NCBI GenBank assembly: GCA_037305845.1
Contig: CP147778.1
Coordinates: forward strand, 1,792,001-1,856,000
DNA length: 64,000 bases
Direction of reading: 5' to 3'
Origin: Candidatus Freyarchaeum deiterrae
Lineage (GTDB): Archaea; Asgardarchaeota; Jordiarchaeia; Jordiarchaeales; Jordiarchaeaceae
In this document: positions 18,228 to 33,200 of the stretch, in pieces
Numbering within the stretch: position 1 is the stretch's first letter
Layout: every line of letters begins with the position of its first letter
The notes under the pieces: model-generated
Database searches by the model: none
What the model was told of the DNA's origin: nothing
What the model saw: the letters and a program-made list of their open reading frames with translations, nothing else
Made by a program: the position numbers and the translations under genes

Positions 18228-21200
18228 ATGTGCGTATTCCTGATCGCACTCTTCATAGGTGCGGACGCCCAGCAGATGCAAGCGGTCCAACAGCAGATAG
18301 ACGACATCCTCCACTACGTGAACATGCCCGATATACAGCAGGCGGAAAGAGACGGAAACATCACCCACTCTCTCAACATTTTCTTCCAAGGACAAGCAAT
18401 AGGACTATACGAAGGAGGATGGCCCTGGGGACACGGCTACGAAGCCGACGTGTGGGATTCCGACTATGAAAAGACCAACCCTGGCCACGTCTACGTCTAT
18501 AATAACACCAAGAATATAGGAGGCCGAAGAACCCTCTACTTCGAAATAATAAGTTACCCATACTACGACATAAACAGCCTCCCCGACGGCTTGGTGCGCG
18601 AACTGTGCGGTAACTACACAGACCCCCTAGCCAAACCTGAACCGCTGGTAATCTACTGCCAGTACGATGATGAGAAGGTTCCCTGGGCTGGCGACAAAAC
18701 CTCGCTCTCCACGTTTCTGGGAAGAATGCTTCTACTCTCCAAGCTCAGGCACATAGACTACAGCAGCCCCATAGACCTAGCGGAGCAGTGGTCCAATTAT
18801 CTGGATAGGTATCAGTTCGACTTCAACGATCTGGACTACATATATCGGAACTTTCCTCTGGTATTGCAGAATCCCTGGTTATGGCTCCAAAGCGGCTCCA
18901 GCCTGAACAGTTTAATGGAGCTTGTAGGCTCCGGTGTAAAGCTGAGTGATTTCAGCTTCGTGAGCGGCGATAACCCGCTATTCAATTTTCTGAACTCCGT
19001 TTGGGGGGCGGAGGAGTACCACTCCCTCTGGGAGGCGGCTTTTAACCAAACCAACGCCTGGCAGCTAGTACGCTACAACGATACCTTTGTACCTCTGCCA
19101 TACTTGGTAACCTACACCCACATCTTGGACGAGATGGGTGTTCTCGACCTGTTTGGCGAATCGGGCTCCGAACTCTACGGCGCGTATAATAATTGGGGCC
19201 TCAATCTGAACGGTTCCAACTCTTTGTATAGTTACGAGTTCATCCTGAGCAGTATCTTTGATTCACGGGCGGAAAGCCTTCTAATTGATAGCTGTAGCAA
19301 CGCCTCAATGTGGAACGCAACCGGGGAGAACGCTACCCTATCCACAGACGGCTACAGCGTAACAGTAAGCGTTATGGGCAACCACTCAAACACCACCACC
19401 CTCAGCCACAATTTAGCTCAGCCCGTAGACCTCTCCCCTTATGACAGCTTGCTTCTGTGGTTCAATATGATTAACGCCACTAGAAGCAACTTCGCAACCC
19501 TCAAGATTACTCTGTATGATGGGGAGGGAGACTGGAGGGAATACTCCACCTGGGCTTACGATACCTCTGACAGGTGGGAGAGAATAACACTGGACTTGGA
19601 TGAACCTGACCTTCAGAGTGGAAGCTTCGGCTCCCTGACCAATATCACTATTACCGCCACCCTCAACCAAATCCTCAATTACAGCCTCTCAATTGATGAT
19701 GTTCGCGTCAATTCTCATATATTGGGTGAGTGCCTCTGGGACACAGATTGGTCGCATCAACTGGTTAATGGGACTGGAGACCTCAACATCGCGGTTTACG
19801 GCTTCCCCTACGTTTACGACTACTATCCATACAGCCTCGGTCTCGAGTGGAACTTGTCCAGTTCAAACGGCTCCGCCGCTTACGTTTATGATCCTCAAGG
19901 GGTCTGGAGCCTTGATTCCCAGAGCTTCCTAACCTTCATGCTCTACGGCTTTGGGACCGAGGATCAGAACGCCAGCCTCAAGGTACGCCTGTGCATCGAT
20001 GAAAACAACTCTCTGGACTACTCTCTGGGAAAGGTGGACTGGTACGGTTGGAGAAAAGTAGTCATCCCCCTAAGCCTGATGAATGAGACTGGAAACGAGA
20101 ATCTCTCCAGCGTGGACTACCTCAAATTTGAACTCGGCGAAATGAGTAACGGCACAGGAATGCTGGTTGTGAGCGATGCGGAATTGGACTCCGCTCAATG
20201 GGCTAAGGTGGAGTTCGTGGTTCCTGATACGGTGCGCGATGCGGACGGTGACAACCACCCCAGCATAAGTCTGGACTGCTGGAATGGAGCAGAGTGGGTT
20301 ACAGTGGGGCAGTGGGATGCGGACGATTCAAACAGCACTATAGCACAAGAAACACTGTGGGGCAATCTAACATATCTGGACGGCACCCCTTCGAGTGACC
20401 TCTTCTCAGGTCAGAGTCTATGCTTGTATCCTGTGGGCACTGGATCTCAGAATCCCTACTCAGGTTTTGCTGGAGACATAAACTATACTACGGCGGAGGA
20501 CTCTGCGGGCTTTGCTGTACTGCTGCCTTCTCCCTCTCAAGAAAACCTGAGCAGTGTCCTGTTCAGGGTGGAGGTGTGCTTTGATGACTCAAACTATTAT
20601 GTTAACACTCGGGATTATCCGCTCGCCTTCTTTTACTTTAACTCCTCTTTCACCAACATGAGCCTGAAGGCTAACGATACTGAAATGGCCGAGCATGAAC
20701 TGTTTTACGGTAACGGTTCCACGGTTCTCTTCCTCGACTTGGAGGCCGCTCTGGATAACGTGAACCTCAAGGAGTTTCGAGCAGACGCTGGAAATGTAAC
20801 CCTAACCTCAGCCTTTTTCAGTTGTTTGGATGATTGGACGGTGGACAGCCTGAACTCCACCGTTTTTGTGGCGGGTGGTGAGGAGGAAGGAGGAGTCTTC
20901 GTTCAGGGCTCGGAACACCTCTATCTAAACTACACCTTCTCACCCGAACTCAGCATAAGCTATGATAATGCTTATGTTGATGTGGTTTACTCCAGCTCCT
21001 ACAGCAGCAGTAGTGAGCAAAACCAGACGAACCTCGCCCTTTGGGTAAGGGTTGATGATAACTGGCTGAATTACAGCCTGCCCAACGACGCGGAATCCAA
21101 GAGGATTCGAATCCCACTCAACGGCACCCACATGGAAGAAATATGCTTTGAGCACACTACAAATAATACTACTACCGACTGGTTCAAAGTTGAATCCCTA

Positions 21201-24200
21201 GAAGTTTTCTACCTCACCAACATCACACAATATTTACAGACTGCTCTAGGCTATATGAATGAAACCAGTTTGACGGCACCCGGATACAATCCCCGATTCA
21301 CTCAGACACTGAACACGACAGAGCTTCCCACGAGTTTGTCCGCGTGGGCATATGTGAACGGAAGCAGCTCGCTCACCGTAGAGTTCTTTGATGAGAATGG
21401 AGCCTTCCTAAAATCGGATACGGTGTGCAGCGGGGGTTCCAACTGGTATCCGGTCTGCCTAGTGGACTTGACTCAGCCTGCGAACGCATCAACTCTGAAG
21501 TTTATAGTGGCAGCGGATAAACTGGATCATGCTTACCTCTGTCCCTCAATCTTGACCAGCAGTGGAATATATGAAAGCTTCAACAGCCTTGAGGGCTGGA
21601 CTGCTTTAGGCAACGGGACAGCGGAGAATAACAGTCAGGGATTAACGGTAACACTGAACAACGGGACTCTGACCCTGTGGACTGATGTATCGGAGCTGGG
21701 ATTCGACTTTTCAAGTTTCGACACCATAGCCGCCGCATATAACATAAGCGGCGACGTGAAGGCGAACATAGTTTTCGACTGGCTTCTTGTGGATGCGGAC
21801 GGAAACCAAGCGGAGTATCAGTCTTACGTGAATCTGTCCCGAGATTCAGCTTGCGCTATTGACCCTATATCCCAGTATTATAAGATTTATGCTCCAATTT
21901 CCTTCCCATTTGAGGATTGTGTGGAGAACTTCTCTTACACGAATTTTGACTTGAACCGAATCATGCTCAACTTCTCGGGAACCGGTCAGGCTAACGTATC
22001 CTGGGTTCAGACCCTGTATATTCCCGATTGGTACTTCATATCGGTAACCGAGAATATAACATCAACCCACCTATACGTGAACTGGCTCACCAAATCCCTA
22101 GTGTTCGGCGGCGTTTTTAACAGCAGTGCGGGTGAGCCGAACTGGGTGGGGCTTATGCACACTTTCTCAGAGGATGTGAACCTCACAACTAATCCAGTAT
22201 TGGAAGTGAATTTCCGAACCCAGAACACCAGCCTCAAGCTGGGCTTAGAAGTCTTGGTTTATGATGAGCTGGGCTTTCAGTGGGTATGGGCGAAGCTACC
22301 CGCCTCAGAAGTTATCTTCGAGCACCCCATATACACACCAACCTTCGTGAACATTCCCGATTACCTTCGGTCGAACAACGGACGTCTGTACACATCCCTC
22401 CGAGCCATCCGACTGTACGTGAATGATACAACTGGTAACTATTCCGGACTGGGAAGCATGGAGATATCAAGCATTTGGCTACACCCCGCCTGCGGCGCTC
22501 CCCTGTCTTTCTTGGTATTGGATGATTTCGAGGCCGATGACCTTTCCCGGTGGCAGGAAGAGGCGGGCTGGCTTCTCCCCTACACCGACCTCAACCAGTG
22601 GAGCAGCAACCAGATAATCTGCGGCGGAAACATAGCGTATGGTCCCCCTGGTTGGGAGGACGACAGCTTTCAGACCGGCTGGTACAGCGGGTACAACTAC
22701 TCCTCAAACGGTGACGTCCTGACTTGGACCCCCTCCAACTACCCGTTAAACGTCTACAACATCACCGGCGGTAGCTCAGACGCCGAGGTCGAGTTAAGCA
22801 CGTATCTCAATACTCGGTGGTTCCGCCCCGGGGACACTCAGATGAGGCTGGGCCGCGAGGACACGACCTGTTGGGTCTACGTACCTCCCTATGCTTATCC
22901 TGTTACTGTATATGTTTACAAGCGAACCTTCGTCCGGTTTCCGCTCTACATCCCCGAGAACGCTATCATAACCAACGCTTGGATAAGCCTCAAGTCTAAG
23001 ACCAACGAAACCAATAGCATTCCCTGCGCCGTAAACCTGCTGGACTCCGGCAACTTTCCAGAATTCACAGACGACCCCTGGAATTGGCCGACCTCTGGTG
23101 GCGCTGTGGGTTGGACTGCGCCGAGTACCATTGCGGATTGCTGGTACAATACTTCAAACATTTCCACATTGGTTCAACGTTTCATAAACACGACGGGATA
23201 CTACCCCGGTAAATACGTGGGATTCAGACTTATGGACAACGATACCATAGGTGCCTGGAAGACTTGGTATACCTACGAGAGTGACCCGCAGAATGCCCCC
23301 AAGCTCTACGTGTCCTATACCGTTCCGGGGAACTACTACATTTCGAAGGCTGTAAATGTGGATGTCGGCGAGTATCCCTGCCTCGTTTTCAGAGCGAAGT
23401 GTAACGTGGACAACAGCACGATACATCTGGCTCTAGGAACTCCTGAGGATCGTTACTATTTTAAAACTTACTTCGAACTCAATCAGTCCTACCGAACCTT
23501 CGCTATTCCCATATCCAACGGCTTCAACGCCACCAGCATCACGATCTTTTATCCAGACTTTCAAAACGTGAAAGTGGACATAGACTATCTAGGACTGCTA
23601 AGGTCGGTGAGTCTCGAGGGCACGGTAATGAACAGCTCCCTCTCGGTGAACGGTGGATTTGAAAACGGCGACTTCTATAACTGGACCCTGTCGCAGTGCT
23701 ACGGGTGCACAGTTGAATCCCCTGAGTTGGTTGCTGAGGGGGTTCATGCTGGGAATATTACCTGCAATGGTGTTGGTCAGTGGCTTTCACGCACCGTGTC
23801 TGGTGATAACATAGTCAAGTTCTCAATCTACAAGCCGAGTAGCTTTAACGCAAGTAACAGATACTTCTTCCAACTATACGATGCAGACCCGTGGGGCTCA
23901 GGGAAAAAGATAACTTTCTACTTGGTGGACTCCTTTGATACAAATATGAGTGAATATGGAGACAGTAAAAACAAGGCTCTCAAATGGTCTCAGAAGAATG
24001 GAACCTATAAAGACTACTACATAGACCCCCACGCCCTGTATAATCTATACTGGAATAATACTGACCCCACACAGATTGAGGTTCGGTTCGGTGTGGAGGC
24101 AAACCAGTCATCGAACATGGTTATCGACGGCTTCGGGGTCTGGGACCGCGGTTCAGGTTTGGCACCAAATAATATTGCGATTTATCCAAGCATGCCTTTG

Positions 24201-27200
24201 GATAATCATGATTCTCTGAAGCTTTTGTACTCATTTCCCAGTGAGAGCACCGATGTCTGCACTTACACCTTCACCATAGATAGGGACTTCAGTCAAGAGA
24301 AGTACTTCTCCCTCTGGGTTTACCAAGACCAGTACAATAAGAAGTGGAACCACACGCTGGACATTTGCCTGCGCTGCAAGGACGGTAGCTTCGGCGGCTG
24401 GAACATGACCATGAACTGGTCGCAGGATTTGAAGAGGCTGGTTCTCCCACTGGACAATTTCACGTACGAGTCTGGATCAGTGGTTTCTGGGCAGTTGGAA
24501 AAAATAGTAGTCAGTTTGAAAGACCAGTACGGTTACGTCAAGGAGGACGGCTGGATTCTATTAAGCGGTCTGCTTTTCGGACACCAGTACAATTTCACTC
24601 TCACCAGTGAGAGCTATAGCGGAAGCGGAGCGGTGAGAATACAGAATCCGAGTGGAGGCTGGGTAAAAATATTTGCGTCGGGTAACGAAACGGGTACTAT
24701 TCCCTTCACGCCCGATGAGCTTCTCTGCTTCGCGGCTAAGCCTAAGGGTGACACTCCCTGGGCGGTCATGGTGGATTTAGCTCTAAAGGATGGGAGCACC
24801 GCAACCCTCGTCTGGTACCGCGGCAGTCGTCCCATTCCCTCAGAGTATCCTTACGATTACTTAACACAGATTGACTCTAACCCCGACAACTGGAACGAGT
24901 ACCGCCTGAACCTGTTCGACGCCGTAAAGAACTACGCCGAGCAGATGGGCAGGGGCGGCTTCCAGCGCATAGAGAAGATTGCGTTTCTAGTGGGCCCAGG
25001 GGAGGTGGTTTTCGACAGCGTTCTCGTGAGGAATGTTCCTGAGAACCTAGATACCAGCCCCTTAAGCGTCTTAAGCAGCCCTGTGATATTCTTCTACGAC
25101 GAGGCTTATCCCTGTAGTTGCGGCGCGGGAGGGAATGACTGGAGTTTGGTTAACGAGACCCTTACCACGCTTGAAGCAGGTTTAAAGAGCATGAACATCA
25201 GTGTGGTTTGGGCTGATGCTCAGGAAGTGAGGAAACTTGTAAGCACTTATCCCCGAAGCGTCCTTGTAATCGTAGGTAGTATTGTGCCCGATACCCTCTG
25301 CGGTAGGGAGGGTTATTCGGTTCTTGAAAACTTCGTGGAGCGTGGAGGCACGGTACTCTTTCTCAGTGATGATTACGCTCCCGTAAGCGCTGTAGGGCGG
25401 GAGGGATACGAAACACTCTGGTTCCAAGGTATGGGGCTGGAGTATCTTTTGGACGCTAAGTCTCCGACCATAGAGCTATTCAACTATTCAAGTTTGAAGC
25501 CTCTGAGCATAACCATGGATCCTACAGAGATGGGGGGCGGTCTCGGAGCTTTAAACGGTTTGAACACTTCGGGTTTCGCGTGGCTCATCCCCTACCTCCG
25601 TTATCAAAACCTGTGGGTTGAAACCTACTACTACAACAGTTCAGAACAGTTGGGGCGTGGAGTATGTGTGCGTCCTCAAGACTCGTTGGGCTACGTGGCG
25701 GAGTTCCCTCTGTCAATGGTTTCGGATGGTAACGATACCGGTGTGGTTGTGAAGTTTGTATCCGACCACTTTATCGATTTGTGGCTGGACACGTCTGGTT
25801 CTAACTTCGATGACTATGAGAGGCCTTTACCGGGGGTCTCCGATGAAAAGTTTATGGACTACTATGGAGAGATGAAGGCAGGAAACTGGAGCTTCTCAAC
25901 TGATATACCGGAGGAGGAATACTACGCTTCCGCAGAGTTCCAAGCCTTCTGGCACGTTTACCTGAACGCCTCCCTGAGTTCCGAGAGAAACGACTCCATA
26001 ACCGCCACCTATACGGTTAGCCCGAACAGCACCATTCTTCTATCGGAGTTCCCGTTCTTCACCGCAACGGTTCTCACTATAGGAAACTATACTAGGCTCA
26101 AGTTGGAGGCGGAAGTTTCGGGGCAATACTACACCCTTTTTGACGATAATGCGTCTGATTGGCGCAAGTACGTCTGGTATCTTCCCAATATTTGCGCGGA
26201 GGACGAATTTCAGGGTATGCGGGTAACTTTGTACGAGAACGATACCTGCGGTACGGGTAATGCGAGCGTCACGCTCACCAACTTAGGCGCTTACACTGTA
26301 GCCGTGCCTGAATACGGTTTCCCAAAATCCCTGAATGTGAACTTCCAGAACTCCTCTGTTTATGATTACCTGTTCTCAGGGGACAGTGATTATCCCTTCA
26401 TGGGCTTCAAGTTTAACGACACTCAGAACAGCGTTTACACTATAACCCGAGAATATCCCCACCCCTTCAGTTTCTTGGAATACCCCTACTTGGAGTTCGC
26501 CTCATCGGGCAGCGAGGGAAACTACACGGTGGAGCTGTGGCTTCAGAAGAAGTGTGGCGAGCAGAGCTACGCTTGGTACCTGCTTGACTGTTTCAACGGC
26601 TCCGATTCAGGCTCCTCACAAATGGTTATGGGATACAACCTCTACGCTAAATTCAATGCTTACTACGAACAATTCAAGAGTATAACTGCCGACCTGAAGG
26701 GCTGGAAATTAATTGTGAGGGGCAACGCCTCGCAGAACTCCTCAAAGAACTGCCTCTTCACACTAAAATACATCGCCCTCACCGATTATTACACCGGTTG
26801 GAGAATATACCCCGGTGGAATGGACTACACTGGTGGGCAAGGTTACGGTGATGGAGGAGAAATCGTCCTGAGCTTGGAGCAAGAATTAGGAGCATCAGAT
26901 AGCAGCATAAGCTCGAAGGAGAATATCGGTCTCAGTCCAAACGTCAGCTCGGTGGGTGATAGTAGCAGTTCAGGGCAGGATTCCCCTACCGTATCTGAGA
27001 GTGTCAAACCCTCCGAAGTGGATGTTTCCGAAATAGTCTCAAAGGAGGACTACTGCCTGAGCCCCAGCGCCTGGTGCGTATATAACAGCAGCGGGGGAGT
27101 CGAAGCCAAAATAGTGTCTGGCGAGTTCATTGAACTCCGGATGAGGCGGGCAATCGCCGATGACTGGGCGATGTTCAGATACGATCTGGGTGAGGGTGTT

Positions 27201-30200
27201 AACGTTTCTCAAACCAATTTCATAGACTTTAAGATGAGAGTGAGGCCCGAGGGTGGACTAAGGATTGTGGCTTACGCCGAGTTTTCATCTGCTGGTGGCC
27301 TTGTGGAGCTGGGTGAGTACTCGGCTGACGGAGTTTGGATTTCTTGGAGGCTTGATGTTCTTTCTCTGCTGGCGAAGGCGGGGGTCAACAATAGTTTGGT
27401 GACAGGGCTGGTGTTCAAGCTGGTGTGTGAGGGTGGCTCCGGCAGATACGACTGCTATGTGGATCTCTCTTACCTCAAGTTCTCGGGTTTCGCCTCATGG
27501 CGGGGCGGCTTGTCAACACTGTTCTATGATGATGGTGTCTACTCGGTTTTCCACTTTGAAGGCCTACAGGGGGCCACAATAATCTACAGCATACCTTCCG
27601 ATTATCACGACTTCAGCCTCACCTTCAATGCCAACTATCTCCTTGAGAAAACCAGTAAGGGCGTAAATGTGTTCTTCTACGACTTCACACAGGGAAGCTG
27701 GGTACATATATCAACCCTTGACCGAATGGACTCTTGGGAGAATGTAAGCGTGGGCATCGATGGAAACTTTGTGAGAGGTTATGACGGCAGATTTCTGGTG
27801 TATTTAGCTCCCATATACTCTCAGGATATTGACGTGAATCTCAGATTAGACTCGGCTGAGGTTATGGCAACCACCTCCACTCAGAACTACCTCGTTCAGA
27901 GCGGCTTATTGACTATGGGTTTGGACGGCACAGTGGATAGTGGTGATAGTTCACTGCCCACAAACTTGGATCACGTTTTCGACCACTTGGGCGGGGAGGC
28001 GGTGTGGTTTGGCGAAGACTACTACCGCGGCGGTAGCGTGAGCGACTGGCTTACCGGTTGGAGTTACCGCAAACCAGTGAGAGTGAATAATAGCGGCTCA
28101 GTGGATCTTTACAATTTTCAGGTTAAGCTAACACTTCAAGGGACTAATTCCAGTCAGGTGGGATACGTGGACTTTGGTAAGATTGCTCCCGACGGCAGTG
28201 ATATCCGGTTTACCGCAGCTGACGGGCTGAACCCTATTAGTTTCTGGATTGAGAACTGGAACAACACTAACCAGACTGCCACTGTGTGGATCAAGTGCCC
28301 GCTTCTAGGGAATAACTCGGTGACCGTTTACTACATGTACTACGGTTTCAAGAATGCGGAGAGCCTGAGCAACGGTGAGGACACCTTCCTATTCTTCGAC
28401 GACTTCTCCGGAGATATTCTGAATCCGGGGAACTGGATTGTTACGGGAAACGTGACCGTGAACAATGGCGTGGTAACCATAGGCGGGAACTCCATTGAGT
28501 CGAGGATTGAGAGCACTTACAAGTACGGTAATATGACGATTGTTCAGTGTCGGGGCCAAGTTTCAGACGACTGGAGTACGCCCACTCAGGTTACGAGGAT
28601 CTACTCTGTGGATGGCTCCGCTTCAGACTCCGAGTTATGGACCGTGGTTGTATATGGTACTTATTATGAGAATCACTATACCTTGAGCTCAATGATGCTG
28701 GGGCCCTACATTTATTATGGGAGTCCTTTTGGATCCCTCAGCGACTTCGTTAGGTTCAAGCTCGACATCCCCGTGGGCTCAACTATCACCAACGCCTACA
28801 TCAGTTTGAAGTCTACCAACAACGAGAGTAGCACCAACATTCAGAGCCAGGTGTGGCTGCTTAACTATTACAACTGTCCAGACTTCAGCGGCGGCGCCGT
28901 CGCTATCCAAGACATGCCCACTGTCGGTAGTCCTGTTTACTGGACTCCGACGGTTACCTATCAGGACTGCTGGTGCAACACCGCGAATATTTCCAGCCTC
29001 ATACAGAGTTACATAAGCATGAGTAATTATCAGCCCGGTGTCTGCTACGTGGGTCTCAGACTTAACGATATGAATACTCAGGTGGCTGATAAGAGTTGGT
29101 ATCAGTACGATAGCGGTGCGGGTAACGCGCCTAAACTTGTGGTCGCCTATGTTCCTCCCCCTGGTGAGGGTCAGTCGAGCGCTGTTGTATCTCTCAGCGA
29201 TTACTCAGACCCTGACCCCAGTGATGTTATCACCCTTGGGCAAGTTGACTGTTACGATTATAAGGGTAAGTGGGTGGGTGCGTTTAGGGACTATCCTCCA
29301 ATCAATTACACCATAGTGAATACTAACTGGTCTGCGGACACCAACTGGCATACTTTCCAAATATACTGGCTGGGGGCTAACAGCACCAGTCTGTGGATTG
29401 ATAGCAATAAGTGCAATATAAGTAGTTGGTATGTTCCCGACGGGGATAATCCTCTGCGTGTTATGCATGAGGCTAACGCTGCGCAGAGGAGCGGCACTAA
29501 GCTTTTTGTGGATTACACCTTCGTGAGGAAGTATGCTCAGGTTGAGCCGATGGTGAGTTATGATTCGGAGCAACTTCCACCCAGCATTCCACCCGCTTCG
29601 TCTTCTTCTGTTCCTGTTGACCGGTTGAGTGGCTCTGAGATGGTGCATTTGTACTGGCATATGCTTGAGAATGTTTCAAGTATTGATGATTACTACTTGG
29701 AGTTCCGATTGCGCAGTGATATGGGTGCGGTTTTCAAGGAGAATGTTCAGGGTGAAGCGAACGCTAAACTGGATTTGTACAGGGAGTTTATGCTCTCCCT
29801 CAGGAGCGTAATAGAGCCGCCTGTGAACTATTCTCCTGATAGTGATTACAGTAATGTGAATATGACGGTTAGACTATATGTGCAGTACTTCTACGCGAAC
29901 AATTCGGCTATCCCGAACGGCACCATTCTGTTCAATGAGACCACAATCACCTATCTTGATGATAATAACTGGGTTAGCTATGTTCTTGATGTTCCCAGTA
30001 GAGCTCCGGCTGGAGCTAGTAAATGGACGCCCCTTATACGGGCTGTGGGTCGCCCTGCGGACAGCTTCTGCCATCTGTTCATTGACGATATGAAGTGCCC
30101 CCAGACCTACCAGACTTCGCAGCAGAACACGAGTGCTAATATTGCTTGGGTGGCGGGAGGAGATGGACATGGGCATGTTTTGAACTGCTCTAGTAATGGT

Positions 30201-33200
30201 AGTGGGGACTTGACTATTTGGGACCAGATTTTGAATATTCCTTTCTCACCCGACTTGCTGTTTAACTTCGACATTAACCCAATTAGTGGTGATGGCTGGT
30301 GGCTAGGGTTAAAGTTCCGAGTGCAGCTTTATGAATTTTTAACCAGTTACAACGCTACGCTGAACGTTACCTCTCCCACTAGTTACGTGGGTCCTGTGGA
30401 TGTTTCTTTGAGCTTTGATAACGGGAGTTGCTATAAGGGTAGTTTGTTCGTGATGGAGGATAACGCGACCCATGTTCCTTTCACCGTAAGGAATCAGACC
30501 GTTTTAGGAGACTATGTTTCGAATATGAGTATCAGCATTCTCGCGAATGTTTCTGCGGGTGAGACGAAGCAGTACAAGATATTTTGGTCGGATTACGATA
30601 ATCCGCTGCCTGATCTGGTTTCGCCGAACCTAAGGGTTGTGAACTGGACTGATAGCACTCAAGGCGAGAATGTTTCCGTGAACTGCACAGCTACGGATGC
30701 AAACATGAGCCGAGTAGTTCTGCACTACTATGATGGTTCTGCTAATTGCAGTAAGGACTTGGTTTTGCAGTCCGGTTTCTACGTAGGGAATTTCTCCTAC
30801 TCTGGGTCTTACCAGTTTTGGGTGGAGGCTTTTGATAATTGCAGTAACCCTATGAGGACTTGGATTTACCCCAGTAATTTGCCAGTTTTGAATGTCAATA
30901 TGAGTGAGAGTGAGGTTTATATCCGCGACAGCATTCCCGCGGGCACCGATTCTGTTTGGCTGTACTACAGTAACGGTGCTGAGAAGTGCCTGAATAGCAC
31001 GGAGAATAGTTTGACTTACGGTTACCGGTTGAATTGCGGTGAGGGTTGGAACCGATTCCCGCGTCTTCCCTACTCGGACATCTTGGAGATTTTCACTCTT
31101 CGGTATGAGACTCTGCCCACTTGGGAGCCTATGGTTCTTGAGAGGATTGAAGGGGGCGGTATCGGTAATAGTAGTTATATGCTTGATAATATGAGGTGGG
31201 GGTTGTATCCGCGTACGGTTCTTGACTACTCCAGGCAGAGTGCTATGAACTTCTACTTCAGCTATGACTCCAGTATTCCTGTGGTTAGTATTGTTTCGGG
31301 GCATGTGCTTTCTGGTGTGGCTTTGCTTAATGCTAGTTGCAGCGATATTCCTTCACAGATTTTGAATGAAACTATAGGGGGCATTGAGCATGTGGAGTAC
31401 ACTGTTTCTAATAGTACGGGTGTGGTTTATAATTCGATCATGGTGAAGGAGCATACGGGGAACGATACTTATGTTTATACTGATTTCTGGTACGATTACT
31501 TTGATTCGACTCTGCTGCCCGATGGCTTCTACAAGCTGAATGTGAGTGTTTGGGATAAGTCTGGTAACCGGGCGGATGACCTACAGTACGTTATAGTTTA
31601 TAATAGCAGGCCTCTAGTGGAGTTCCTCAACGTTTATGGTAACATGAGTGTGGGTGGGGTTCTCAAGGTGCTTGTGAGAACCACTGATGTGTTTGATGTT
31701 ACCAACACCAGCCTCACGGTTACCAATATTGGAACGGGTAACACTACAGTTTACAATATGAGGGAGGGCTACTTCCAGAACCAAAATGTCTGGATTTACA
31801 ATGTGCTGTTTAACCAGAGTGGAACATACACCCTGAGCTGTAATGCTACGGACTACTTCGGCGTGGGGAGCGATATGGTGAGTGTGGACATTTCTGTGGA
31901 TACGAATCTGCCCAATGTGGTTATTAACTCTCCGCAGCCGAATGAGTGGGTTGGTGGGCGGTATCTCCTGAATGTGACTGCTTTTGATGATAACAATATT
32001 AGCAGTGTGCAGTGGAGAGTGTACATGATTGCGGATGAAACTACTGGGCGGTGGGAGATACCTTATGGCTACAGTGATATTTGGAATGATACCACTCCTG
32101 TTGGTGGCGACACATACACGGCTAATTGGAACACCACTGCTCTGAATGTGAGCGAGTGGCAGACTCATCGTTACGTGGTGGTGTTTAGGGCCACGGATAA
32201 TAATACTGTTCCCAGCACTGTTTACCGTAATGTTACTGTTGTCGTGGATAATGATAATCCGAATATTATTAGTGGCCCCAATATCGTTGCTTCGAATAAT
32301 GTAGAGGAGGGGTTCAGTTATAACGAGGCTGGTACTGTTATTTACACAAAGTGTGATACCGCTAGCTTGACCTTTGCGGTTAGTGATTTTAGATCGAGTT
32401 TGTTTTATGATATCGAGCATAATTGGAGTCGGGCTAATCTGGAGGCTTATCTAGGTTGTTTGAACATCACAGTACTTGACGAGTACGAGGATGGAAGTAG
32501 ACTTTACTCGGATTATATTATGGTTGAGGGTTCTGGAAGCTTTTTCCTAGAAATCGATAACTATGCCTTGATTAACGGAACGCATAATCTCACGATTACT
32601 GCGAATGACTTGGCTGGGAACATGAATCAGAGCATCCGAAAGATTGACGTGGTGGTGGATAAGACTCCGCCGATTGTAATCCCTATTCTGCCGAGAAACG
32701 GGATGTGGCTCAAACGTATTATAAGTGCCAACTGGCTTCTAGAGCCTATTCTGAACCTTTACAGTTGGCTCTCTAGTCTATTAGATGAAGGAGAGCGTAC
32801 ACCCAGCTGGGAAGAAGGTGTTCTCTTCGGTGTGTATGTCGACGACCTTGATTCTCCAGTTTTAACCAATGCTATCTGGTTGGACCTGTCTAATCGTCCA
32901 GGACTACACTTCACAATGTCACCCGATTACCATCAATATATGGGTATGTTTGATGAGCTTCCTGAACAATGGATTATATATGATATGTTCAGTATGATAA
33001 ATAAGGAAGGTAGTGAGGATATCTTTTCTTCACTTCTTGCAGGCAGTGGGTATACTGATTTAGGTCTCATAAAATTTAAAGAATTGTACGGTGATAATGT
33101 TTTCTGGTACGGTGCGTATTTCACACCCCTTGATTTCTTCTTTAACATTTGGAGCCTTAGTTGTCTCAATCCTACTACTTTTACGTGTAAATTCACGGCT

